A DNA stretch of 64,000 bases from Halocynthiibacter sp. Its GTDB lineage: Bacteria; Pseudomonadota; Alphaproteobacteria; Rhodobacterales; Rhodobacteraceae. The DNA is taken from assembly GCA_047631555.1 (NCBI GenBank), contig JBLHZY010000002.1:353745-417744 (forward strand), in the 5' to 3' direction. This document shows positions 10,414 through 20,485 of the stretch, one piece after another (position 1 is the stretch's first letter; every line of letters begins with the position of its first letter). The position numbers and the translations under genes were made by a program. The notes under the pieces were generated by a model. That model did not search any database, was not told the DNA's origin, and saw nothing but the letters and a program-made list of their open reading frames with translations.

Positions 10414-11589
10414 CTAGAGGCGCTCAATCGCGATGGCGATGCCTTGGCCGCCACCGATACACATGGTGATCAGGCCGAGTTTACCGCCTGTGCGCTCAAG
10501 CTCGTACATCGCTTTGACGGTGATGATTGCGCCGGTCGCACCAACTGGATGGCCAAGCGCGATGGCGCCGCCGTTTGGATTTACTTTGGCGGGGTCAAGA
10601 TCGAGGCCTTTGTTGACCGCGAGGGCCTGTGCGGCGAAGGCTTCGTTGCTTTCAATAACGTCAAAGTCAGAGGCTTTGAGCCCGGTGCGTTTGAGCAGGT
10701 TTTGAACGGCTGGAATGGGGCCAATGCCCATGACCTCGGGGCGCACGCCTGCATGGGCATAGCCAGCAATGCGGAACTTCGGCGTGAGGCCTGCTTCTTT
10801 GGCGGCGGATGCGCGCGCGAGCACGATGGCGGCGGCACCGTCGTTGATGCCGGAGGCGTTGCCCGCTGTTACGGTGCCGTCTTTTTTGAACACGGTGCGC
10901 AGGCCAGCGAGGGCCTCAGGGGATGTGCTTTTGGGGTGCTCATCGGTTTCAAACAGCACCGTTTCGCGGCGCGATTTAATCTCTACCGGGGTGATTTGTT
11001 CTTTGAAGCGGCCCGCTGCGATGGCGGCCGCGGCGCGCTCTTGGCTGATCATGGCGAAGGCGTCTTGAGCTTCGCGCGAGATGTCATGCTCAACCGAGAC
11101 GTTTTCGGCAGTGACGCCCATGTGGCCTGTTCCAAAGGGGCAGTGCAGGGTCGCGAGCATCATATCCGTTGCGCCGACATCGCCCATCTTTTGGCCCCAG
11201 CGGGCAGCGGGCAGGATATAGGGCGAGCGGCTCATGTTTTCTGCGCCGCCAGCAAGGCCGAAATCAGCATCGCCAAGCATCAGGTTTTGCACAACCGAAA
11301 CGATGGCTTGTGCGCCTGAGCCGCAGAGGCGGTTGACGTTCATTGCCGGGGTGCCATCGGGGACGCCTGCTTGGATCGCGGCAACGCGCGAGAGGTACAT
11401 ATCGCGCGGCTCTGTGTTGATCACATTGCCAAAGGCGACATGGCCGATGCGTGCGGCCTCAACGCCTGAGCGCTCAATTGCGGCTTTGGCGGCGATCGTT
11501 CCGAGTTCGCAGGGCGCGATGCCTTTGAGGCTTCCGCCGAATGTGCCGATGGCGGTGCGTGCGCCGCCGAGAATGACGATATCTTCCAT
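10414..11589 (-). CDS. Acetyl-CoA C-acetyltransferase (thiolase II).
   Basis: Motifs seen: MEDIVILGGARTAIGTFGG, NRLCGSGAQA (active-site Cys) and the C-terminal CIGGGQGIA. The start is moved to the internal ATG 11589, which has a GGGAGAG RBS. Confidence 0.9.
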   Translation of the reverse strand: MEDIVILGGARTAIGTFGGSLKGIAPCELGTIAAKAAIERSGVEAARIGHVAFGNVINTEPRDMYLSRVAAIQAGVPDGTPAMNVNRLCGSGAQAIVSVVQNLMLGDADFGLAGGAENMSRSPYILPAARWGQKMGDVGATDMMLATLHCPFGTGHMGVTAENVSVEHDISREAQDAFAMISQERAAAAIAAGRFKEQITPVEIKSRRETVLFETDEHPKSTSPEALAGLRTVFKKDGTVTAGNASGINDGAAAIVLARASAAKEAGLTPKFRIAGYAHAGVRPEVMGIGPIPAVQNLLKRTGLKASDFDVIESNEAFAAQALAVNKGLDLDPAKVNPNGGAIALGHPVGATGAIITVKAMYELERTGGKLGLITMCIGGGQGIAIAIERL

Positions 11590-11656
11590 GGTTCTCTCCC
11601 TATTTGCGTGCAGTTTAGCTGTTTGCACTCGGGGAGCCAGAGGGAACGCAGCGTCT

Positions 11657-12397
11657 TTAGGGCGCAGGGGGGAGCAGCGCGCGGCGGGCATCATCCTCAA
11701 GGATAAAAATATCGCGCCCCTCTATCACGGCGGCGGTCAGCGGGCGGCCATAGCCAGCACCGCTATCCAGATCGACGCGATTGGTGAAATGCTCGGGCGC
11801 GTCAAGGGCGGTGTGGCCGTGAATGACCAGCCATGGATGCGGATTGAGATGATCAAGAAAGCCTTTGCGGATCCAGATCAGATCATCCTCGTCCTGGGCC
11901 TTGAGCGGCACGTTTGGTTTGATCCCTGCATGCACGAAAAGCAGGGGGCCAGCTTCATGGATAAGCGGGAGGCCATCGATGAAATCGAGGTGCGCCTCTG
12001 GGATCGTTTGGCTGGCTTTTGCATGGGCATCTTCGGCGAAAACTTCGCGCGCGGTGATGCCATAGGAGGCGAGTGTTTCAATGCCGCCGAGGCGAGGATC
12101 GAGCCAGCTGAGGCCCGAGGAAATGCGGGCGTCATGATGGATGCCTTGCCGGGCAAAGCGCGAGAACATGCGATCGTGATTGCCTTTTAGGGTGATCCAA
12201 GGCTTGCCGTTTTTGGCGCCAGTGAGCAGCAGATCAATGACGCCTGCGCTATCGGGGCCGCGATCAACGAGATCGCCCAAGTGAATGATCGGGGCCTCTT
12301 CGTCGCCCGTGCGTTTTCGATCCTGGGCAATGCGGGCATGGGCCGATTTGAGCATATCAATCTGGCCGTGGATATCACCGATAACGTAGTGGCGCAT
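11657..12397 (-). CDS. Metallophosphoesterase (Ser/Thr phosphatase PrpA / ApaH-like family).
   Basis: Motifs GDIHGQ, GDLVDRGP, GNHD and VHGH are present. The start is set at ATG 12397 (MRHYVIGDIHG). Confidence 0.75.
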   Translation of the reverse strand: MRHYVIGDIHGQIDMLKSAHARIAQDRKRTGDEEAPIIHLGDLVDRGPDSAGVIDLLLTGAKNGKPWITLKGNHDRMFSRFARQGIHHDARISSGLSWLDPRLGGIETLASYGITAREVFAEDAHAKASQTIPEAHLDFIDGLPLIHEAGPLLFVHAGIKPNVPLKAQDEDDLIWIRKGFLDHLNPHPWLVIHGHTALDAPEHFTNRVDLDSGAGYGRPLTAAVIEGRDIFILEDDARRALLPPAP

Positions 12398-12488
12398 TCT
12401 AGGGCTTTCTTTGAGTATTTTTACCAAGAAAAAGTATCGGGATTTTGACTAGGCAACCATGTTGGGGCGTGGAGGTAAAGGGGATGTG

Positions 12489-12524
12489 AAAAGGGCCTCT
12501 CGCGTGGTACGAAAAGGCCCTTTG
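12489..12524 (-). terminator. Hairpin with a T-run downstream of serA.
   Basis: Arms aagggcc / ggccctt (12491-12497 / 12516-12522) are flanked by T/A runs, about 20 nt after the serA stop. Confidence 0.5.
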
Positions 12525-12543
12525 ATTGGTTATATCACAATTC

Positions 12544-14136
12544 TCAAACGTCGAAGCTAAGGGCTTTGACTTGTTGGAAGAGATCGGAAGCTTCCAGCGT
12601 TTCGAGCAGGGCCTTTGGGGCGGCTGCATCGATGTAGAGAAGGGCGATGGCATCTTTGCTTTGCTCGGCGCGGCCAAGGGTAAAGTTGGCGATATTTACG
12701 CCAGCGTCGCCGACCATTGTGCCGAGTTTGCCGATGATGCCGGGCACGTCTTTGTTGGTGGTGTAGAGCATATGCGCGCCGATATCAGCGTCGATGTTGA
12801 TGCCTTTGATCTGGATAAAGCGCGGCTTGCCATCGCTAAACACCGTCCCGGCGATAGAGCGCTCGCGGGTAGCCGTTTTGATCGAGAGCTTGATGTAGGC
12901 GTCAAACGCGCCTGATTTATCCTGTGTGGTTTTGGCGATTTTCATGCCGCGCTCTTTTGCGATCACCGGGGCAGAAACCATATTCACATCCGGGTTGCCG
13001 GTTTTCATGATGCCCGCCACTGCGGCGCATTCGAGCGCTGCGAGGTTCATCATGGAGACGGTGCCATCAAAGGTGATGTTCAGTTCTGTGATCGGCTCGT
13101 CTGTGAGCTGGCCGATGAAAGACCCGAGATGCTCGGCGAGCTTGACCCATGGGCCCATAACTTTGGCTTCTTCGGCCGTGACGGAGGGCATGTTGAGCGC
13201 GTTGGTAACGGCACCTGTAAGTAGGTAATCCGACATTTGCTCAGCCACTTGCAGGGCGACGTTTTCTTGGGCTTCGGTGGTTGAGGCGCCGAGGTGCGGC
13301 GTGCAGACAACGTTGGGCAGGTTGAAGAGCGGGCTTTCTGTTGCGGGCTCTACCTCGAACACGTCAAAACCAGCGCCAGCAACTTTGCCGGATTTCAGCG
13401 CATCCGCGAGGGCCGCTTCATCGACGAGGCCGCCGCGCGCACAGTTGATGATACGCACGCCGTCTTTCATCGAAGCGATCGCTTTTGCATCGATAATTTT
13501 GCGGGTTTTGTCTGTGAGCGGAACGTGGAGCGTGATGAAATCGGACTTGGCGAAAAGCTCGGCCAGCTCGACTTTGGTAACGCCGAGTTTGGCAGCGCGC
13601 TCGTCCGAGAGGAAGGGATCATAGGCGATCACTTTCATCTTCAGGCCAACGGCGCGGTCGCAAACGATGCCGCCGATATTGCCCGCGCCGATCACGCCGA
13701 GGGTTTTGTTCGTGAGCTCAACGCCCATGAATTTGGACTTTTCCCATTTGCCCGCGTGCGTGCTGGCCGAGGCTTCTGGAAGCTGGCGCGCAACGGCAAA
13801 CATCATCGCGATGGCGTGTTCGGCCGTTGTGATCATGTTGCCGAAAGGTGTGTTCATCACGATCACACCCTTTTTGGAGGCGGCAGGGATATCAACGTTA
13901 TCTACGCCAATCCCGGCGCGCGCCACGACTTTGAGGTTGGTCGCGCCCTCAAGGATTTTCTCGGTTACTTTGGTGGCCGAGCGGATGGCGAGGCCATCGT
14001 ATTTGCCGATGGCGGCAAGCAGCGCGTCTTTGTCTTTGCCAAGGTTTGGTTCGAAATCGACCTCAATCCCGCGGTCGCGGAAAATCTGAACGGCGGTTTC
14101 GGAAAGCTTATCGGAAACGAGAACTTTGGGGGCCAT
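12544..14136 (-). CDS. serA: D-3-phosphoglycerate dehydrogenase (long form with a C-terminal ACT domain).
   Basis: 530 aa. It has the NAD-binding motif GVIGAGNIGG and the 2-hydroxyacid dehydrogenase catalytic region (CTPHLGAST), plus a C-terminal regulatory extension. Confidence 0.9.
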   Translation of the reverse strand: MAPKVLVSDKLSETAVQIFRDRGIEVDFEPNLGKDKDALLAAIGKYDGLAIRSATKVTEKILEGATNLKVVARAGIGVDNVDIPAASKKGVIVMNTPFGNMITTAEHAIAMMFAVARQLPEASASTHAGKWEKSKFMGVELTNKTLGVIGAGNIGGIVCDRAVGLKMKVIAYDPFLSDERAAKLGVTKVELAELFAKSDFITLHVPLTDKTRKIIDAKAIASMKDGVRIINCARGGLVDEAALADALKSGKVAGAGFDVFEVEPATESPLFNLPNVVCTPHLGASTTEAQENVALQVAEQMSDYLLTGAVTNALNMPSVTAEEAKVMGPWVKLAEHLGSFIGQLTDEPITELNITFDGTVSMMNLAALECAAVAGIMKTGNPDVNMVSAPVIAKERGMKIAKTTQDKSGAFDAYIKLSIKTATRERSIAGTVFSDGKPRFIQIKGINIDADIGAHMLYTTNKDVPGIIGKLGTMVGDAGVNIANFTLGRAEQSKDAIALLYIDAAAPKALLETLEASDLFQQVKALSFDV

Positions 14137-14171
14137 GATGCGGCTCCTTTATGAATGAATTTGAAGGGGGT

Positions 14172-14194
14172 GGCGGCCCGGATTGCGGGCCGCC
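14172..14194 (-). other. GC-rich hairpin between serC and serA.
   Basis: ggcggcccg / cgggccgcc with a 5-nt loop. There is no clear U-run, so it is not called a terminator. Confidence 0.4.
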
Positions 14195-14202
14195 GAAAGG
14201 GA

Positions 14203-15345
14203 TTATTGTGCGTCGATTTCGGCGTTGAACGCGTAGTCGAGCCAAGGCATCAGGGCTTGAAGATCGGATGTTTCCACTGTGCCGCCACACCAGATGCGCA
14301 AGCCAGCAGGCGCATCGCGATAGGCGCCGATATCGAGCGCAACGCCTTCTGCCTCAAGGCGTTTTGCAACGGCTTTGGCGAAAGCAGCGCCGTCTTTGAT
14401 GCGCGCATCCGAGAATTTGAGGCAAACGGATGTGTTGGAGCGGGTTGCCGGATCAGTGGCGAGGAAATCGATCCAATCATGCGCTTCGACGAAGGCCGCG
14501 ATGGCGGCTGTATTAGCGTCCGCGCGCGCGATCATGCCTTTGAGGCCGCCAACAGATTTCGCCCATTCGAGCGCTTGGAGGTAATCCTCAACCGCGAGCA
14601 TGGAAGGCGTGTTGATCGTTTCACCAACAAAGATGCCCTCGATCAACTTGCCGCCTTTAGTCATGCGGAAAATCTTTGGCAGGGGCCAAGCGGGCGTATA
14701 GCTTTCAAGGCGCTCAACGGCGCGGGGCGACAGGATGATCATCCCGTGCGCCGCTTCGCCGCCAAGCACTTTTTGCCAGCTAAAGGTTGTTACATCGAGC
14801 TTGTCCCAGGGCAGATCCATCGCGAAGGCTGCCGAGGTTGCATCGCAAATGGTCAGGCCTTCGCGATCCGCAGGGATTGTATCGCCATTGGGAACGCGCA
14901 CGCCGGATGTTGTGCCGTTCCAGGTAAAGACAACGTCTGTGTTGAAATCGACAGTGGCCAGATCAACGATCTCGCCATACTCGGCCGTTTTGACTTCGGC
15001 CTCGATTTTGAGTTGTTTGACAACATCAGTGACCCAACCAGCGCCAAAGCTTTCCCAAGCAACCATTGTTGCCGGGCGCGCGCCGAGCATCGACCAGAGC
15101 GCCATTTCAACCGCGCCCGTATCAGAGCCAGGAACGATGCCGATGCGGTAATCCGCTGGGATGCCGAGGATCTCGCGTGTGTTCTCGATCGCGGCTTTCA
15201 GTTTGGCTTTGCCAACTGCTGCGCGGTGCGAACGGCCAAGGGGCGCATCCGAGAGATTATCGAGCTTAAATACGGGGGGTTTGGCACATGGGCCAGAAGA
15301 GAAACGCGGATTGGCCGGGCGCGTTGCCGGAGCTTGAGTAGCCAT
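14203..15345 (-). CDS. serC: Phosphoserine aminotransferase (alphaproteobacterial/archaeal-type SerC).
   Basis: 380 aa. Called from general aminotransferase class-V-like resemblance, position directly upstream of serA on the same strand, and divergent arrangement with serB. Confidence 0.8.
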   Translation of the reverse strand: MATQAPATRPANPRFSSGPCAKPPVFKLDNLSDAPLGRSHRAAVGKAKLKAAIENTREILGIPADYRIGIVPGSDTGAVEMALWSMLGARPATMVAWESFGAGWVTDVVKQLKIEAEVKTAEYGEIVDLATVDFNTDVVFTWNGTTSGVRVPNGDTIPADREGLTICDATSAAFAMDLPWDKLDVTTFSWQKVLGGEAAHGMIILSPRAVERLESYTPAWPLPKIFRMTKGGKLIEGIFVGETINTPSMLAVEDYLQALEWAKSVGGLKGMIARADANTAAIAAFVEAHDWIDFLATDPATRSNTSVCLKFSDARIKDGAAFAKAVAKRLEAEGVALDIGAYRDAPAGLRIWCGGTVETSDLQALMPWLDYAFNAEIDAQ

Positions 15346-15515
15346 TGATGCTATCCTTACAGATATGTTGCCTCTCGTTGGGGAGAGGTGTCCCGCCTCG
15401 GCATTTACGTGGCCGCGTGGGCTTTCACAAGAGGGTAATCGCGGCTATAGGCCACAAAAGCGCGGTTGCTTTGCCGCAAAATGTCACTATCGGAAACTTG
15501 CCGGGAAGATTGCCC

Positions 15516-16394
15516 ATGTTTATTGCTACTTTGCTAACGTCGCCGACAAATCCTTCGCTTGATCGTGCCGCCGTTGAGGCGCTGCGCGATGCTTGGGGCG
15601 GGGGCGAGGCGCAGTGGCTTGCTGTTGGCGAGGCGGCTGAATTTGCGCTCGATACTGTGCCATCGAATCGCTGGGATGTATGGGCGGGGCTTCAGGCGCA
15701 GGGGATCGATCTGATCGTGCAGCCTAGCGCGGGGCGGCGCAAAGCGATGCTTCTGGCCGATATGGACAGCACGATGATCCAACAAGAATGCATTGATGAG
15801 CTGGCCGAAGTTGCCGGCGTTGGGGCGCGGGTTCGCGAGATCACAGCGCGCGCGATGAATGGCGAGCTGGATTTTGATGGGGCGCTGAAAGAACGCGTTG
15901 GTTTGCTGGCGGATTTGCCAGAGGAGGTGATTGCGCAGGTGATTGCCGAGCGGATTACCTTGATGCCCGGCGGGCGTGAATTGATCGCAACGATGAAGGC
16001 AAACGGCGCTTACTGTGCGCTGGTTTCTGGCGGATTTACCGCCTTTACCGCGCATATCGCCGCCACGCTTGGCTTTGACGAGAATCGTGCCAATACGCTT
16101 CATGTTGAGGGCGGCAAGCTGACCGGTACTGTTGGAATGCCGATCCTTGGGCGCGAGGCGAAAGTGACGGCGCTTAAGGAGATCACCGCGCGCCTTGGGC
16201 TATCGCACGCGGACGTTATGGCCGTTGGCGATGGGGCGAATGATCTGGGAATGCTCGGGCTTGCGGGCGCAGGCGTTGCGCTGCATGCCAAGCCATCTGT
16301 GGCGGCGGAATGCGATATTCGGATCAATCACGGCGATCTCACCGCGCTGCTTTATATTCAAGGTTATGCTCGTGATGAGTTCGTTCGCGCATAG
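15516..16394 (+). CDS. serB: Phosphoserine phosphatase.
   Basis: HAD motifs are present: LLADMDSTMI (DxDxT), VSGGF, and AVGDGANDLGML. The start is set at ATG 15516 (MFIATLLTSP). Confidence 0.85.
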   Translation: MFIATLLTSPTNPSLDRAAVEALRDAWGGGEAQWLAVGEAAEFALDTVPSNRWDVWAGLQAQGIDLIVQPSAGRRKAMLLADMDSTMIQQECIDELAEVAGVGARVREITARAMNGELDFDGALKERVGLLADLPEEVIAQVIAERITLMPGGRELIATMKANGAYCALVSGGFTAFTAHIAATLGFDENRANTLHVEGGKLTGTVGMPILGREAKVTALKEITARLGLSHADVMAVGDGANDLGMLGLAGAGVALHAKPSVAAECDIRINHGDLTALLYIQGYARDEFVRA

Positions 16395-16401
16395 ATAAAT
16401 A

Positions 16402-16431
16402 CGCCCGCACCAATTCGGCGCGGGCGGTTTT
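16402..16431. terminator. Bidirectional rho-independent-type terminator between convergent serB and ribH.
   Basis: cgcccgc (16402-16408) pairs with gcgggcg (16420-16426). It is followed by gtttt on the plus strand and by a T-rich stretch on the minus strand. Confidence 0.6.
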
Positions 16432-16436
16432 GGATA

Positions 16437-16886
16437 CTAGGCGGCGGCTTGGGTCTCGTTGATTTGCGCCCGTGTGCGGCCGATCATCAGAGCAGCATTC
16501 GCGGCCTCGCGGCCCTTTTCAACGAAATGCGCGCGGTAAATTTCGTTGTGGTGATCTGTCTCTTGATAATGGTGCGGTGTGAGCGAGACCGAGAGCACCG
16601 GAACGCCGCTATCCATTGAGGCGCGCATCAGCCCATCAACAACGGCGCTGGCGACGAAATCATGGCGGTAGATGCCCCCATCAACGACCAAAGCTGCCGC
16701 CGCGACGGCTGCGTATTTGCCGGTTTGGGCAAGCTCGCGCGCCAGCAGCGGCATTTCAAATGCGCCGGGCACATCGAAGACATCGATCTGTGCCATTGGG
16801 ATAATTTCAGCAAACCCAGCCAAGGCCTGATCAACGATATCAGCATGCCAATTGGCTTTGATGAATGCATAACGGGTGTGTGTCAT
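16437..16886 (-). CDS. ribH: 6,7-dimethyl-8-ribityllumazine synthase, type II (RibH2-like).
   Basis: 149 aa (MTHTRYAFIKANWHADIVDQAL...FDVPGAFEMPLLA...). It lies directly downstream of an FMN riboswitch. Confidence 0.85.
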   Translation of the reverse strand: MTHTRYAFIKANWHADIVDQALAGFAEIIPMAQIDVFDVPGAFEMPLLARELAQTGKYAAVAAAALVVDGGIYRHDFVASAVVDGLMRASMDSGVPVLSVSLTPHHYQETDHHNEIYRAHFVEKGREAANAALMIGRTRAQINETQAAA

Positions 16887-16967
16887 TTGCGTTTCCTTTC
16901 GAGCGTTTACACATCACCCAGAGCGAAACACGACAGAAAACTCGCCCCTAAAGGCGCGCAAAATGTC

Positions 16968-17098
16968 GTTCTCTTCCATCCGGACTTTAACCGTCGGCTC
17001 TGGAATTACACCAGATCTGCTGACCCTCACATGAGGCGCTCGCGGGCTTACGCTTTCGCGCTTACCGCCGGTGGGGAATTGCACCCCGCCCTGAGAAC
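16968..17098 (-). promoter_or_regulatory. FMN riboswitch (RFN element) controlling ribH.
   Basis: The reverse complement reads GTTCTCAGGGCGGGGTGCAATTCCCCACCGGCGGTAAGCGCGAAAGCGTAAGCCCGCGAGCGCC...GGTCAGCAGATCTGGTGTAATTCCAGAGCCGACGGTTAAAGTCCGGATGGAAGAGAAC. This matches the conserved RFN core blocks and has a closing P1 helix (GTTCTC/GAGAAC). Confidence 0.9.
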
Positions 17099-17150
17099 AA
17101 GGCTAATTTGGCGACTTAAAGCGCGAATGACAAGAGGGCGGATGCGCGGT

Positions 17151-18146
17151 CTAAAGAAACGCTGCGGCAGGGCGCAATTGGCCCGTTTCAATGCCGCGCC
17201 AGTTTTTCTCGATCGGCTGGATGCGTTTAATTGCCGCCGGGTGCATAGGATCAAGCGCACCGAGTTTGACGAGGATCGAGGCGATAGCGCATTCGGCGGC
17301 GCGGGTTGCCCCATCAACGGCCTTAAGCGCGACGCCAAGGCCCTGCTCGGGGAGGATCGCGATGAAAACCCCCTCGGCCCCGGTTTTGACGGCCACTTTG
17401 CCATCCATCGCGCGCATCAATTCGGTGCAAGCGCGGCCCTCTCCGGCGACCATATCGGGGTGCGCGCGCATCGCAGAGGCAAGCTGAAACGCGGCAGCTT
17501 CGCGGGCGGGGCCGTCCTCTTTGGCGCTGGCGAAAAAGGCCATTGCGCGGGCAATGCCATACAAAGTTGAGGCGAAATTCGGGGCAGAGCAGCCATCAAT
17601 GCCATAGCCGGGCGAGGTAAGCCCGGTGACATCTTCAAAGGCTTCACGGATGGCGATTTGCAGCGGGTGATCGGCCTCGATATATTCAGAGCCTGCATTG
17701 ATATGTTTGGTGTAGGTCAGAAAGCCTGCGTGTTTGCCCGAGCAATTGTTGTGAAACTGGCAAGGCTTGGTGCCCGCAGCAATCAGCGCCTCGCGGGGCT
17801 TTTTGCCAAAGGGCTGATGCGCGCCGCAGCGCAGATCGGCCTCTTTCAGATCAAGCGCGGCAAGCCATTTTTCAACCGCCTCAGCATGGAGCGGCGCGCC
17901 CTCATGCGACGCACAGGCAAGGGCAAGCTGGCGCGGGGTTAGCCCGGCGGCCTTGGCAGCGCCACTTTCGATCAGGGGAAGCGCTTGGATCATCTTCACC
18001 GAAGAGCGCGGCAGAATTACCGCTTCGGGATCACCCCACTCATGCACAATCTCGCCCGCGGCATTGCATACGACCGCATGCCCGCCATGAACCGATTCCA
18101 GAAACGGGCCGCGCCAGACTTCGGCCATTGGGCTTGGATTTGTCAT
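17151..18146 (-). CDS. Asparaginase (Rhizobium-type asparaginase II family, PF06089-like).
   Basis: Recognised from family resemblance (VWRGPFLESVHGGHAVV..., RSSVKMIQALP, NNCSGKHAGFL). The start is at ATG 18146; ATG 18128 is an alternative. Confidence 0.65.
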   Translation of the reverse strand: MTNPSPMAEVWRGPFLESVHGGHAVVCNAAGEIVHEWGDPEAVILPRSSVKMIQALPLIESGAAKAAGLTPRQLALACASHEGAPLHAEAVEKWLAALDLKEADLRCGAHQPFGKKPREALIAAGTKPCQFHNNCSGKHAGFLTYTKHINAGSEYIEADHPLQIAIREAFEDVTGLTSPGYGIDGCSAPNFASTLYGIARAMAFFASAKEDGPAREAAAFQLASAMRAHPDMVAGEGRACTELMRAMDGKVAVKTGAEGVFIAILPEQGLGVALKAVDGATRAAECAIASILVKLGALDPMHPAAIKRIQPIEKNWRGIETGQLRPAAAFL

Positions 18147-18324
18147 TCTCTGCGATCCCTTCACAATTCAGCGAATTTCCGCCAACGGCCCTTTTAAAAT
18201 TGCGCCAATTCGCGTTATTGTGCGCATATCGACTAGAACACGGCTCTGTCCACCTTTAATGCCCACATAAGATGGGCCTGTGGGGCAGCGCCAGAGGCAG
18301 TGACGGCTTGGAGGCTGTAATCAG

Positions 18325-18870
18325 ATGAGATCGAGTTTTACCCGGATTTTGACCGGCACCGCGTTTGGGATTTTTGTATCCGCCAGTGCTGCGCCTTTGT
18401 TGGCCCAAGACAGCACCAATGTGGTTGCCGAAAACACGGCTTGGTATGTGTTTGAAGAAAATGCACCAAAGAAACAATGCTGGGCGGTTTCCTCGCCCAA
18501 AGAGACGATCAATACCGACAGTTCGGGGCGGATCAAAGCGGTGCGCCGCGGCGAGATCATGCTTTTCGTGAGCTATGCGCCGGAAAATGGCGTTAAGGGG
18601 CAGGTATCATTCGCGGGCGGCTATCCGTTTGCGGGCGGCTCTGAGGTAACGATGGATATCGGCGGGACGGTCTATAAGCTCTTTACCGATGGCGAAACGG
18701 CTTGGTCGGCCTCGCCTGCGGATGACGCCAAATTGATTGCAGCGATGAAGCGCGGCGCAACGGCGACGCTTACGGCTAGCTCGGCGCGCGGCACTGTGAC
18801 CAAAGACACGTTTTCGCTCTCAGGCTTTACCGCGTCAGTAGAGGATGCAGGAAAACGCTGCGGCTCTTAA
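18325..18870 (+). CDS. Secreted protein, possibly of the invasion-associated locus B (IalB) family.
   Basis: It has a signal peptide (FGIFVSASAAPLLAQD). Size and general pattern resemble IalB-like proteins of alphaproteobacteria. The family call is tentative. Confidence 0.45.
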   Translation: MRSSFTRILTGTAFGIFVSASAAPLLAQDSTNVVAENTAWYVFEENAPKKQCWAVSSPKETINTDSSGRIKAVRRGEIMLFVSYAPENGVKGQVSFAGGYPFAGGSEVTMDIGGTVYKLFTDGETAWSASPADDAKLIAAMKRGATATLTASSARGTVTKDTFSLSGFTASVEDAGKRCGS

Positions 18871-18972
18871 GCGGCGGTTTCACTCACTAAATTTGATCGG
18901 GCGCGCAAGATGTTTATCTGCGCGCCCGAATCCCTTATAAGGCAGTCTTTACTGCCCCCGGAGAATAAGCCC

Positions 18973-20163
18973 ATGACAGCAACCGCGCCCATCACGCAGG
19001 ACGTTTTGACGATCCCGCGCAAAGAGGCTGAAGGCGATAAGCGCAATCTCGTGGGGATGACCCGCGACGCGCTGCGCGAGGCGTTGATCTCTGTCGGGGT
19101 GCCCGAAAAGCAGGGCAAGATGCGGGCAGGCCAGGTTTGGCAATGGCTCTATCAAAAGGGCGTGCGCGATTTTGCCGATATGAGCAATCTGTCGAAGGAT
19201 TTGCGGGCCACGTTTGCCGAGAATTTCGTCATCGCTGTGCCTGAGGTTGTGACCAAGCAGGTCTCTGACGATGGCACGCGCAAGTATCTGGTGCGTATCG
19301 CTGGCGGGCATGAGGTCGAGGTTGTGTATATCCCTGAAACGGGGCGCGGAACGCTTTGTGTCAGCTCGCAAGTAGGCTGTACGCTGACTTGCTCGTTTTG
19401 CCACACAGGCACGCAGAAATTGGTGCGCAATCTGACTGCGGGCGAGATCATCGGCCAAGTGATGATCGCGCGCGATGATCTGGGCGAGTGGCCCGAGCTC
19501 GGCGTGAGCAATCCGCCTGAAGCGCGCTTGCTGTCGAATGTCGTGCTGATGGGAATGGGCGAGCCGCTTTATAATTTTGAGGCCGTGCGCGATGCGATGA
19601 AGATCGCGATGGATCCAGAAGGCATCCAGCTCAGCCGCCGCCGGATAACGCTTTCAACCTCCGGCGTCGTGCCAGAGATCGCCAAGACGGCGCAAGAGAT
19701 TGGCTGTCAGCTGGCGGTCTCGTTTCATGCGACAACGGATGAGGTGCGCGATCGCCTTGTGCCGATCAATAAGCGCTGGAATATCGAGGCGCTGCTTGAT
19801 GCGCTGCGCGAATATCCCAAGGCATCGAATTCCGAGCGGATCACCTTTGAATATGTGATGCTCAAGGACGTGAACGATAGCGATGAAGATGCGCGCCGTT
19901 TGGTGAAATTGATTGAGGGCATCCCGGCCAAGATCAATCTGATCCCGTTCAATGAATGGCCCGGCGCGCCTTATCAGCGCTCAACCTGGGAGCGGATCGA
20001 GAGCTTTGCTGAGATCGTTTATCAGGCGGGCTATTCCAGCCCGATCCGCAAGCCGCGCGGCGAAGATATCATGGCCGCTTGTGGCCAGCTGAAATCGGAC
20101 ACTGAACGCGAGCGCAAATCGCGCCGCCAGATCGAAGCCGAAGCCGGAATGGGCGGCGCCTAA
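18973..20163 (+). CDS. rlmN: 23S rRNA (adenine2503-C2)/tRNA methyltransferase, radical SAM.
   Basis: It has the radical-SAM CxxxCxxC motif ([12 protein letters not shown]) and the C-terminal catalytic Cys region (MAACGQL). The start is set at ATG 18973. Confidence 0.9.
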   Translation: MTATAPITQDVLTIPRKEAEGDKRNLVGMTRDALREALISVGVPEKQGKMRAGQVWQWLYQKGVRDFADMSNLSKDLRATFAENFVIAVPEVVTKQVSDDGTRKYLVRIAGGHEVEVVYIPETGRGTLCVSSQVGCTLTCSFCHTGTQKLVRNLTAGEIIGQVMIARDDLGEWPELGVSNPPEARLLSNVVLMGMGEPLYNFEAVRDAMKIAMDPEGIQLSRRRITLSTSGVVPEIAKTAQEIGCQLAVSFHATTDEVRDRLVPINKRWNIEALLDALREYPKASNSERITFEYVMLKDVNDSDEDARRLVKLIEGIPAKINLIPFNEWPGAPYQRSTWERIESFAEIVYQAGYSSPIRKPRGEDIMAACGQLKSDTERERKSRRQIEAEAGMGGA

Positions 20164-20485
20164 GCGTTAACCCTTTTGGGGCCTTTTGTTGCGGATGCGT
20201 ACGGCGCGTTAGGAAAAATTTAGCTTACTTTACGGTAGCCCATAGGCGCCCAAATTGCGTGCAAACACTCTAAACACCTTAAATTGCTGGGCTTTGCTGC
20301 GCTCGATTTGCCGAACTCCAGCAGAAATTAGCGCTAAATCTCCGGTTGTAGTTAACGCTTTATAAACTCCTTCAAGATTAATTGAAGTCAACCTTGGTAA
20401 ATAAAACCGTTGTGAAGCGGAGGTCTCCAAGGCGACTTTGGCTAATTGTCTGACGCGGTTGTGCTGGTCTTACTTGAGGAAGATT

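Noticed and set aside
14155-15348. A 397-aa plus-strand ORF opposite serC. Similar shadow ORFs lie at 13294-14154 opposite serA, 10444-11319 opposite the thiolase, and 41262-42275 and 42534-43238 opposite envC and gpmI.
   Set aside because: All are mirror frames of confidently identified genes and have no motifs of their own.
20230-20430. A 66-aa minus-strand ORF in the AT-rich spacer upstream of the sugar transferase.
   Set aside because: It has no RBS and no recognisable family, and it lies in a region more plausibly regulatory. The evidence is too weak to call a gene.
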